The notes below the pieces were generated by a model. It saw only the letters and a list, made by a program, of their open reading frames with translations. It was not told the origin of the DNA and did not search any database. This document shows, in pieces, positions 10,977 to 21,316 of a stretch of 64,000 nucleotides of DNA. Origin of the DNA: Alloascoidea hylecoeti (taxonomy: Eukaryota); NCBI GenBank assembly GCA_001600815.1, contig BCKZ01000002.1, positions 372,001-436,000 on the forward strand, given 5' to 3'. Both the position numbers and the translations under genes were made by a program. How positions within the stretch are numbered: position 1 is the first letter of the stretch; every line of letters starts with the position of its first letter.

Positions 10977-12716
10977 TTGTTGATAAATTCCACTGTAGAG
11001 ATGTTTTCGAGTTGGTGAGCTTGATCTAAATTCCAGATTTGGCAATAAAGTCATCTCTTTTGATTGATTGTGTGAAATTTCTTGCAATGGAGAGAATACA
11101 GATGAAGCAGCAGAATATGGAGAGCCAACTAAAGAATAAGGTGATGTTTCATTTAAAGAAATAGAACTTTCTGAGCCATTAGAACTTGAATTTGAAGAAG
11201 CTGAGCTTGTAGTACTAACATCACTAGTAGAAAATCCATGAGTTCTGTTAAGACCAGTTGAATTTGTAGTGCCAATTGATAATGATTCTAGTTGTGCATC
11301 AATTGAATCGTTTCTCTCTAAAACAGGGGCTTTTGTGATTAATGGGTGATCATTATCATTCTGAAGCAAATTTAGTTGACTTATACTTGATCCTCTAAAA
11401 TGTTTTGGTCTAATGGGATGTCGTCTACTTGGACTAGATCCAAGCTTAACTGGACTTGCTGTTTTATCCAAGGCACGTACACCATTTGTTGTTGTAAATG
11501 ACATAACTTGTATACCATAAGACACATGATTTTGACTTTCAAGATGTGGACTATCACTTCTTTTGATAGCTTTGTATAAATCATGATCTCTGTGTAAATC
11601 ATTTGATAATGAAACACTGTGTCTATGAGTTCTACCGCAAAGGGTACTGGTAGTATGTGGGAATCTTAACTTTCCCTTTTCTAAAGCAGAAGCAGGAAAT
11701 AAAGAAACGGGTGTCGAAGGACCAGCAACATCTATTGACGAAGGATCCCGTTTCATCATTAATTTTTCGACTCTATTGTTGACTCTTCCTCTTAATGTAT
11801 GTAAGCTACCTGAATTCGTTCTTGAATGTGTGCCGTGAATAGGATCTTCATCATCATTTTCATGATCGATATACCCCAATAAACGGATCGGAGATAAAGG
11901 TGGGAAATCTTCATCCATGACTGAATTACTTAAGCTGACTATTGACTGTGATCTAGCACGAGCACATTGCGCCTGAATTGAGGAAGTTAAGAGAGGAGCA
12001 GAAGGTAGAGAAGAAGGTGAATATGATGGTGCTTCTCTCACTTTTTCTCTGAGAGAGGCTCTATATAATCTGTCAACTTGTACTTCTTCAGCCAAAGCTT
12101 GTAAATAACGGATAATGATTTTTGATCGAGTATCCAAGTCGTTAGCAGTTCTATATTGAGAAACGATATCCTGAGCCAACTGAATTCTTGTTCGTTCATC
12201 AATGAAATGCTCAGCATAAAGTTGAGATTTAGATAAAGTAGTCACATATTCCTCATCTGTTGCAGTAGGCTCGAGAACCACGAATTGGAAGGTTTCATCC
12301 TCAAACCTGGGTAGTCGGCCGCGAGGCAGTTGTTTGGGGTAACCTGATAACATACACATACTTCTAAATTTGTTTTTGCCCCAATCTATCAAAACGCGAT
12401 GTTCACCATCAACCAAAGTTTCTTTAAAACCGCGAATGTTGTATATGATATCTAATTTTTCTTCTTCTGGATAGTGGTCGTCATTGCCAGTATCATCGTC
12501 AGTATCATTTTCGGAGGGAGATATGGTCGATGCACTTGTTGTTGTTACAGTATAAAATGGGTTCATATCTGCAATATGACACCTCCGGTAGACATACAAC
12601 AGACTCTTTATTTGCAAATCGATAGCATCTTCATGTTGACCTTGCAGATAAGTAGGTATCGAGAGAGCTGGGCCATCCAGATGGGCCAGGGGCCAAAGTC
12701 TCTTAAGCATGTCCAT
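10494..12716 (-). CDS. Unassigned 740-aa protein: globular-looking N-terminus, Ser-rich disordered middle, polyQ, C-terminal CLTS
   Basis: Long ATG-initiated ORF. Family not recognised. Confidence 0.8.
10921..10983 (-). repeat. (CAA)n trinucleotide tract encoding polyQ
   Basis: About 18 uninterrupted TTG units on the + strand. Confidence 0.95.
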
Positions 12717-13573
12717 CGCAAGGCAATTAAAGGAGTTTGTTAATTATATATAAATTAATAAATAATAATAACAAAAGTTTTGTACGCAACAAACAATTAT
12801 ACTGCGGACGGGTAACTGGCCGGAAGAAAAAAATAAATAAAAATAAAAATAAAAATAAAAAAATTAACGTTGCACGTATATGCACAGCTGCATATTTGAA
12901 TTAGGCACCGTTGGGTACGTTTCGGTGTCCGAGCAGCTCAAAATGGAAGCTCTCATGATTTATTCAGCATCTCGCACAAGTACAAGTTCGGAGGATGCTC
13001 AGGAAGTCACGAATCATAACGTTCCTATTTCTGGCTGCGTACAATGTGGGCGAATGTTTTCAGTCAATACAATTTATCAGATCCCATAGTGATACCCCAG
13101 GATTTCTTACTACTGCAATAAGGTACCGATGTCTCGACTGATCTTACGTATAAAGCACAGTAAGACAGCTGATCATGACATCCTGTTCGACTCACGCTTC
13201 GAGAAAATTAAATGTGAATGTTCAATGTTGATCCTCACAATACCTTAACTAGTTGTTTCCGACCACGCATTTGAATGACCTTCTAGCTATTCGTAATAAC
13301 TATACTATAATTTTATCCCTCAAATTCCCTTTGAAGCATAACACCCCAACTTGGGTTTGCTAGTCAGTCTACCATCTACGTAAAACAGTATGTTTGAGAT
13401 CTATTGCAATTACCAATTTGCCACCATGATATAAATAAATCCTAGCTATTATTATTCATTCATTATCTCTCTAAGGTTACTTACAGCGTTGCAAGGCATA
13501 ACAGGTCAACCCTATCGCCAATACCAACCAGTTAAAATCAGTCACTCCGAAAAACAGCTCAGTAAATAATAAA

Positions 13574-13608
13574 ATAATACTAGTCATTGACTCATTGACT
13601 AGTATTAT
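13574..13608. repeat. Perfect 13-bp inverted repeat with a 9-nt spacer containing TGACTCA
   Basis: ATAATACTAGTCA-TTGACTCAT-TGACTAGTATTAT. Confidence 0.85.
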
Positions 13609-14574
13609 CAACACATGTGTAAACAACAGCAGGTCAATCTATAATAGATTCTATATCTTGCAACTGGATATCGATCCACTAATAGAGTATTTATACACGA
13701 TGTTGAAGGATATAAGAATAATCTTATTATCGTTCATGGATGTATTAAATGTTCACTAAAATTTAGTCTGGAAATTGAAAAGAAATTTAAAAGTGTTCAG
13801 AGAAAACTAATATTACAACGATAATCACATTATGCATAGATGATTTGCAATTGATGGTTGATGATGATGATGAGATCTCAATTAAAATTGCAAGGTTGAA
13901 TTTCCATAATCATTGATCAATCTAATCTATAAACAAATCCTGGATATTTGATCTTTTACATAATTAAAAAGTATATTTATAAATATACGTGTCATATTAA
14001 TATTATATAGTGATTGTCATTGTCAACTTAAATACCTTTAAATTTGCAATTGTGTCGTGTCGTTTTTGGATTGATATTCACATGTTGATATCTATAAGAT
14101 CTTATAGCGAGCGCTAAATTTCAAGAGTGTCCATATGATAGAAATTTAATATGATATGAAAATTTAAGGATCTATATTAATATATGATCAATAACAATTG
14201 CAAGTGAACAAAGACCTTAACAATTTAGAATTGGATATTCTTCGATTAAATCATAATTGTATACGTAATTGTTGAGGAGTGTTTATTATAAATAATAGAA
14301 TTAATTTAGTTGGAATCCTTTTGACCATATTCACAATGTTAGCTGGTCCTAATATTTATGGTTCATGTGGTCCTTTCCATAAATAATGATTTAACTGTGG
14401 AATATGCCTTAATTCCTCAATAAATACCACAATCGTGAGCTCAAGCAAAAAACACTAAAGAGTTATAATGAAGTAATAATAATCATAGATTTAATGGTCA
14501 TTACATAAATAATATACGCTATAACTAGTTATAACGCTGAAACAAATATTAATAGATTTGATGTTTATTTAATA

Positions 14575-15332
14575 TTATTCTGCTATAAAAGAGAGAATCT
14601 CTTGTCTGGGGTTGGAATCCAAACGAACGATAGCCCCAATAAATTCTATGTATTTGAATTAGTTTTGATTCAATTGAATATGTAAAGATTTTGACAAAAT
14701 TTATAAACTCACCTTGTATATAAATAGATAACCCTTTACAATAATCAAAGTCGTTGGGTAAAAACACTAAGTCAGATTTTAGTTGTTTTAAAACATGAGA
14801 AACATCAGATAACTCATCACAAGGAATAAGTTTAAAGTTTATTTCATCTGGAACGCGATAGAGGGATGTGAACTCATCAAATGATACCTCTGGAGTTAAG
14901 ATAAGTACCGATAAGTCAACATTTTGCAAGATCTTGATGAAAGGAACATTCGAATGATATAATAAAGACTATTAAGCAAGAAAAAATTAGAATTAGATGG
15001 TAAGTTAGATGAGTATATTTCAAAGACACAAAGTTATAATAATAATTATATAATAAAAATACCTTGTTAATAACAATTGCAACTTTTCTATTAAGATCTT
15101 TCCGTATCTTCCTACCATCTATAGAGCTAGACTCATTACTTCCACGGGAAAAAGAAAAGAAGTTTGAGTATACCTTATAAGCCAAAAACCCAGAAGATGC
15201 CAGAATTAAAGAAGCAACGCTGATGTTGCCTAAGGTGCGAATATTGGATTTGATATCTAATTGCGAGAACCTAAGATTATATAAATAACTTGCAACTGTA
15301 CTTGATGTCTGTTTTGAAGTAGGATTCTTCAT
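14575..15332 (-). CDS. PEX22: Peroxin Pex22-like protein; exons 15332-15063, 14968-14713, 14645-14575
   Basis: N-terminal RTLG plus TM segment, KVAIVINK/SLL junction, VLILTP and KLIPCD match the Pex22 layout. Introns GTATTT..TAG and GTGAGT..ACTAAT..CATAG join in frame. Confidence 0.72.
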
Positions 15333-15499
15333 AATTCTGTGAGAATACAAAAATTAAAGAATAAAGTGGGGATTGAAGAATATTCATATATTAATAAGGT
15401 TGTAAGACTTGTTGGGCCACACGTGCACCTCCACTTTAAACCAAACCCTTTTCCCGTGTATTAATATATTGGCTGGAATTAAATTAATAGATCAATGGA

Positions 15500-16810
15500 A
15501 TGGGTGATACAGATGATATTTTATTCACTGCTACTACAACACATTTGGTCCAGATCTCTAGATTGCTGGACTCAATCACCACCGTTGGGAAGTCCGCTAC
15601 TGTGTTGATCCATAACGACGGTTTGACTTTCTCTGTACAAGATTCCCATGTAGTTCGTGGTACGCATTATCCTAACAAATAAAAAAAATCCTCCTTTAAA
15701 TTCTAATAGGTGACTTTATATATAGCCGATGTACTATTGGAAAGACCGCTATTCTCTTCTTTCACTTTTAATCAGCCAGCATCCCAAAACACACAAGAGC
15801 CTGTTTCTTTCTCAATTGACCTGAACTCATTTGTTGAAACAATAGGCTTAACAGGTGTTTCAAGCCTCGATGTACCACTTTTACAACAACACCAACAACA
15901 TGATAAAGATAAAGATAGATCTCATTTTCAGAAGGATGCGACTACAATTGCGCGATTATCTTATCTAGGAACAGGCAATCCATTTATATTAACAATACAA
16001 GATGAGATCATAACAGAAACATGTAAATTTCAAACATATATCGATAATTCAGATACAACTGATTCATTTAATGGATTAAATATTTCAAAGGAGCAAATTG
16101 TATTGGAAATCATTTTAAAAGGTGATATTATGTGGGAGGCTCTAAAAGATTTAGAAGAAATTAAAACTGAATCTATAATTATTTATGCTAAACAACAACA
16201 AAAAAGGAACCACAATAGGAACAATAGTGATGAAAAGGGTCAAAATGGTACATTTGCTATGATATCAAAAGGTGAAATGGGATCTTCAAAAATTGTATTC
16301 CCCAATGTCAAATCGATACTAGAAGTATTTATGCCACAATCCCTAGAAGATACTGATGATGATGATGATGATGATGATGAAAATGGAAATGGAAATGGAA
16401 ATTTAACTACTTTAAAAGATGATAATAATGAAATTACCATTGTAGGTTCATACAAATTCACACTATTTGATAATATTAGAAAAGCGGTTAGATTAGCTAC
16501 AAGAGTTCGAATAAGAAGAGATGCAAATGGTTTAATGAGTATTCAATTATTATGCCCATCCCGAAGAGAAGTTCAATTCTCAGATGCAGGTTCTTTTAAC
16601 AATAATACATTTATTGAATTTATATTTCTACAACTGATTGAGGAAAATCAACAATCTGAACTTAATACCACCGAAGAATTGATGAAAAATGCAGAAGATG
16701 GGAAAATGCTCGAGATTGGAATAACAAGGGAAGAGAGTGGTGAGCAACAAAATATAATCGATCCAACTCAATTTGATAGAGATTCTACGTCTGGTTTACT
16801 TTTCATTTAG
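15500..16810 (+). CDS. RAD17: 9-1-1 checkpoint clamp subunit (Rad1/Rec1/Rad17 family); exons 15500-15659, 15726-16810
   Basis: Intron GTACGC(15660)-TAG(15725). LFTATT...HNDGLTFSV...ADVLLERPLFSSFTF, and C-terminal KAVRLATRVRIRRDANGLMSIQ. Confidence 0.88.
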
Positions 16811-16954
16811 TTAAATCTTAAGAATACAATATAGAAAAATAAAATTTAATCATCATTGAATATAACTAGTAGTATACATTGCTTTTCATCATTTAGATAA
16901 TTGAAATTCCATTCTTTATTATGGTGTTCGATTCATCTGTGCTAGTGTAATAAA

Positions 16955-17458
16955 TTACTGTTGAGCAAAGTAGTCAAGGAGAACACGTCTGTCTTCAGAA
17001 TCCTCACCCCAATCTTTAACAACAACAACGGAAGCACCAACAACCTTTCTGGCATTACCTTCTCTGTCGATTTTGAATAAACCAGCCCATTCACCTAATT
17101 TCTTAGCATCAGAAACCTTGATCAATGGAATTTTGTTTTCTGGCTCATTGCATAAAGCTTCAACGAGTTTGGTGATTCCTTCTTCAGTAACAGAGTCACA
17201 CAAAACAGCCAATTGGGCTTCACCACGGGATAAAGCCTTTGAGGACTCACGGATACCACGGGCTAAACCATCATGGTTCAAAGAACGTCTTAAAACACCC
17301 TTAAGAGCATCCTCGGTGGTGATGGCTCCAGCTGGGGCTTCGGTAGGAACTTCGATTTCTTGGACTTCTTCAACGTCAGACTAGATCAATAGAAAATCGA
17401 GTTAAAAAAACAGGTTTTTGAACAGTTGAATATTTTACTATCATATGAGACATACCAT
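16955..17458 (-). CDS. RPS12: 40S ribosomal protein eS12; exon 1 is the ATG only (17458-17456), exon 2 17380-16955
   Basis: ATG|GTATGT...CTAG|TCTGACGTT gives MSDVEEV...[22 protein letters not shown]...[15 protein letters not shown]. Confidence 0.97.
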
Positions 17459-18140
17459 TTTAATAATAATAGATAGACTTCCTCGACAAGATTTACTCTA
17501 CTCAGTCAGTATATATACAGAGGAAGAAAAAAGAAAGGTATAAATTATTATCGTTAATTATTCATGATACGATGTACGCGTGGGAGTATTCATCAGCACG
17601 GTTTTGCATTACATCCCCACACCTGTGAACTGCCCGTTTGGACAAAAAGTGTGACTGTGTTCGCTAGTTTAGGCAATGCCAAATCTAGTATTATATTGGT
17701 CACGTGTATGATATAGGTCATAGATCCTTGCGACGAAATGCATTGGTCAGACTCAGTGATCACTGGTAAGATGAGATGCAGAGTACTGTAGCTATGGTAG
17801 ACCAATCTGATCTGTTTTCCTACAGCTATGAGAAAAATCTGTCAGTGAAGGGAAGAACTAAATCTAAAATTATCTACGAGCGCCTCTTGCATAGGAAATG
17901 GTTGGCAGATTGTGAGGTGAACACCTCTTAACAGTTGGTAGAAAAAAGCTGTAGAACACAATTGAGGCTAACAAAGAGAACATGCTAGGCTACGTATAAT
18001 ATATATTAATATTTATCATGTATAGTTATTAACAAGGATTGGTGATGGCTCAGAAGGTATGATCATATCTATTAACCACTCCAGATCGAAGTAACCGTGC
18101 GTATAAAATTATAAAAAAACTCTTTTTTAAATTAATAATA

Positions 18141-20681
18141 TTAATTTGAAATCACAGAAAATAAAGGAAAATCAATTGCTAAAATCCCACCAAGTAATAA
18201 ATTTGTTTGTGAAATATCTTGGTTGTGTTCATGCCTTTTACTTTGAGCTGGAGCTAATGTGTTTAAATCTACATCCTTATCCACTACAATATTATCGGGT
18301 TCATAAAAGGCCATTAGAGTTTCATCGTCGTATTCCAAGACAGGTGAAGTGGCATCAGATTTATCCCTTGGTTTATTATCATTTAGTATACCACCAATGA
18401 AATACATTCTACCATCATTGAAAGCGACACTATGGTAAGTAAGACTAAAGCGACTAAATGAAAAAGTTTCAAATTCGCCAGAGTTGAAACTATCAAGTTT
18501 ATGATAATATTTTATCCATGTCCATGTTTGTGTTTGCAAGTTTAGAGCTAATAAATGAAATTGTAGATTTTTATCGCCTTTTTGAAAAGGAATTTCAGGA
18601 TTTTGATGGGTTATATCAAGAACACTATCAGAAAGCCTAATATCATCAGCATGATTTAAGTCTTTACATTCTGCGGAAGGCCTAAGAATTCCACCTAGAA
18701 GAACCATATATTTGCCAATTGCAATTGCTTCATGAGCTCCCCTTCTAACTATTGATAAACATTTATTATTCGTTGGAAGTTTATCTTTATTAAGGATCAT
18801 ACTATATGTCTTGATTTTTGTCCAAACTTCCGTTTCAATATTAAACCACCAAACACCGGAATACATATAGGAACCTTTCACACCTCCATGAATTACCATC
18901 ATATTTGATGGATAATCATAATTAGTTAAAGATTTATCTTCTAATTCTTCGTCTACAAACGATGGTTTCGAAAAAACTTTGTTCCCGTGTATTGTAGCTG
19001 CGTGGAAACCCCTCGGCTTTGGCCAATCAAAATTGATAGCGTTACCATTTTCTTCCTGTTGTTGTAGCTTTTTCTCTTTAATATTTGTAACGATTGCATT
19101 ATCATTAAATTTAAAGTATCGAGAATCATTAAAATCCCTTTTGAAATAAAATTCAATTTTCCATAAATCATCTAATGTTTTATAATCATATTCATTACTA
19201 CCAGCTTCTTTTTCTTTTGCAATATAACCACCAAAAATATAGACAATTGCCTTTTGTTCAGGTGAAATAGGATCATCTTTTTTAGATTGTTGTTGTATAT
19301 TATTTTTTTTGATATTTGGATTGTTTCGTAAAATTTCCATATATTTTTTATGATTATAAGGAATTGAAACCATTGAAAAGCCAAAACGACCAGGTATTAA
19401 ATTTTCATCATCTACATTATAATCTTTAATCTTATGCTCCTTGTCATTATACTTAGATTCTTTAGTATTTACTCCTGATCGTGATAATTGAAAATTAACA
19501 ATTTTAAAGCGTAGTGTTTTTATATCAAATATCCATCCAGATGTGTTCATAACTAATTCATTGGCAAATTTAAATTCCAAACAATCAGTAATATCATTAA
19601 GTGATGAGCCTACACAAGAAGATTTTAAACGATATGGAATGTCCTTGGATGGTTTAAGTGGGATCGCCTGCGATGTACTTTTTTTCAGTATAAACCCACC
19701 ATAGTAAAGTATGTGCCTATCACTTATTTGAACAGATTTCGGATATATCAGACCAGGGGGTGGATCCCCTTTGACTGGAATAGTTTTTAGAGTGTTGGTG
19801 ATAGTGTTAAAATTTATGACTGATTGTGATGATTCGATGAATTCTGAATTTAAGAGGGTTTCGGACAATGGGAAAGGATAAGAGGAAGGACCTGAGAAAG
19901 ATGAATGATTTTGAATGTATCGTCCTTCAAAGGCATATTTTTCATGATCATCATCATGATCATCATCGTAGTTAAACTGATAATCATGATGCAGTAGTGA
20001 AAAATTTTCTTTTCTCTTTTCCAAAGTCTCTTCAGCTAATTGATTTATATGGTATCCTCCAAATGTATAAATTGTATTATCAATGATTGTAGACGTATGA
20101 CCAAAAATGGAATCAGGAGCATTTTTACTTAAGACTTTCGGAAAGGTAGCAAAATTGCATAATGGTGATAGATTTGATTGAGTGGTGAATTTGCGGTGTT
20201 TACTATTCAAGGCATATGGCTGGGCTAAAGATTGGTAATTGTCCATTGCAATCTCTTCGTCGCGATGATCATCAGTTATCGTTGTTTTACTACTCTTTTC
20301 AGTGCTCTGTTCAATGCTTTGGTGATAGTTGGAATACCATAATTGGTTGCTCCAATCCCTAGCTTTTATACGAACAGTAACCTTAGGGACCCAAATGTTA
20401 TGAGAAGAAGTATAGTTCAAGTGTTCTACATGATTGACAAGTATTTTATTCCAATTGGAATTGTTATTTCGTACTGCTGAACCACGGTGCAAATGCCGGT
20501 TTTGATCCCGATCTGAAAGATGGATTTTTTTTGATTGATTCCAAGTATCAGATAATACATCAACGACAGAAGAGTAGACTTTCTCTTGATCATGTACAAT
20601 TTCTTCATATCTGAGAAATAAAGATGGCTTACGATTACTAGTTGCAGGTAGTGAATCAGAAATATTAAAATTGTTATCCAT
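18141..20681 (-). CDS. Kelch-repeat protein, Gpb1/Gpb2 (Krh) family regulator of cAMP-PKA signalling
   Basis: Kelch GG motifs (IYTFGG, LYYGGF, VYIFGG, IHGG, LLGG, FIGG). KGDPPP...ISDRHILYYGGF...NTSGWIFDI resembles yeast Gpb1/2. Confidence 0.78.
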   Translation of the reverse strand: MDNNFNISDSLPATSNRKPSLFLRYEEIVHDQEKVYSSVVDVLSDTWNQSKKIHLSDRDQNRHLHRGSAVRNNNSNWNKILVNHVEHLNYTSSHNIWVPKVTVRIKARDWSNQLWYSNYHQSIEQSTEKSSKTTITDDHRDEEIAMDNYQSLAQPYALNSKHRKFTTQSNLSPLCNFATFPKVLSKNAPDSIFGHTSTIIDNTIYTFGGYHINQLAEETLEKRKENFSLLHHDYQFNYDDDHDDDHEKYAFEGRYIQNHSSFSGPSSYPFPLSETLLNSEFIESSQSVINFNTITNTLKTIPVKGDPPPGLIYPKSVQISDRHILYYGGFILKKSTSQAIPLKPSKDIPYRLKSSCVGSSLNDITDCLEFKFANELVMNTSGWIFDIKTLRFKIVNFQLSRSGVNTKESKYNDKEHKIKDYNVDDENLIPGRFGFSMVSIPYNHKKYMEILRNNPNIKKNNIQQQSKKDDPISPEQKAIVYIFGGYIAKEKEAGSNEYDYKTLDDLWKIEFYFKRDFNDSRYFKFNDNAIVTNIKEKKLQQQEENGNAINFDWPKPRGFHAATIHGNKVFSKPSFVDEELEDKSLTNYDYPSNMMVIHGGVKGSYMYSGVWWFNIETEVWTKIKTYSMILNKDKLPTNNKCLSIVRRGAHEAIAIGKYMVLLGGILRPSAECKDLNHADDIRLSDSVLDITHQNPEIPFQKGDKNLQFHLLALNLQTQTWTWIKYYHKLDSFNSGEFETFSFSRFSLTYHSVAFNDGRMYFIGGILNDNKPRDKSDATSPVLEYDDETLMAFYEPDNIVVDKDVDLNTLAPAQSKRHEHNQDISQTNLLLGGILAIDFPLFSVISN

Positions 20682-21316
20682 TTTTGCGGTTGATCCGAGG
20701 GAAGATCTAGAGCGATTAAGATATTGAAATATTATTATTTTATTATTTTTAACTGATTATCCTTTTTTCTTCTTCTTTTGCTTTTGGGTTTGCTTTTGTT
20801 GTTGCTGTTGCTCCTACTTTTGTGTCTGGATTTGTCGTACGCATTAACCTAAAAGTTAGTTTGCTAACATTTACTATGCTATATTATGCTTGGTGTTTAA
20901 ATCATTAAATACTTGGATCCTTGCTACTCTGTTATCTCACCAGAGGCTGGAGATTGCAATCGTGTTATCCAATCAATATTGATAGCGATCGCATATATCC
21001 TTTTGTGTAAAAATATATCTTGAATTGATCGAACGTATTTCAGCTTTTAGGTATACTATACATAGCTAGCACAGTATGGAAAAACATATACACCATTTTA
21101 TATGTGTAACTACAGGGAGTCAGGGACAATCCGATGATCTCTACATATTAGAGCTGGAACCAGGCCCTGACCTTATGTGAAACAGCCAATGAAAGAATAT
21201 TATTGATCCATATAACTCTCCGCCTGCGCACGTGATACCCTCCCACCCACCCATCACTGTAGTCTTCTCCTTCCTTTTTTTTTATATTCCTTCACCAATT
21301 CCTTTTCCCTTGCGAA

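Noticed and set aside
17073..17384. 103-aa plus-strand ORF
   Set aside because: Antisense shadow of the codon-biased RPS12.
17593..17805. Small ORF or possible snoRNA upstream of RPS12
   Set aside because: Non-ATG start and no convincing C/D or H/ACA architecture; probably promoter sequence.
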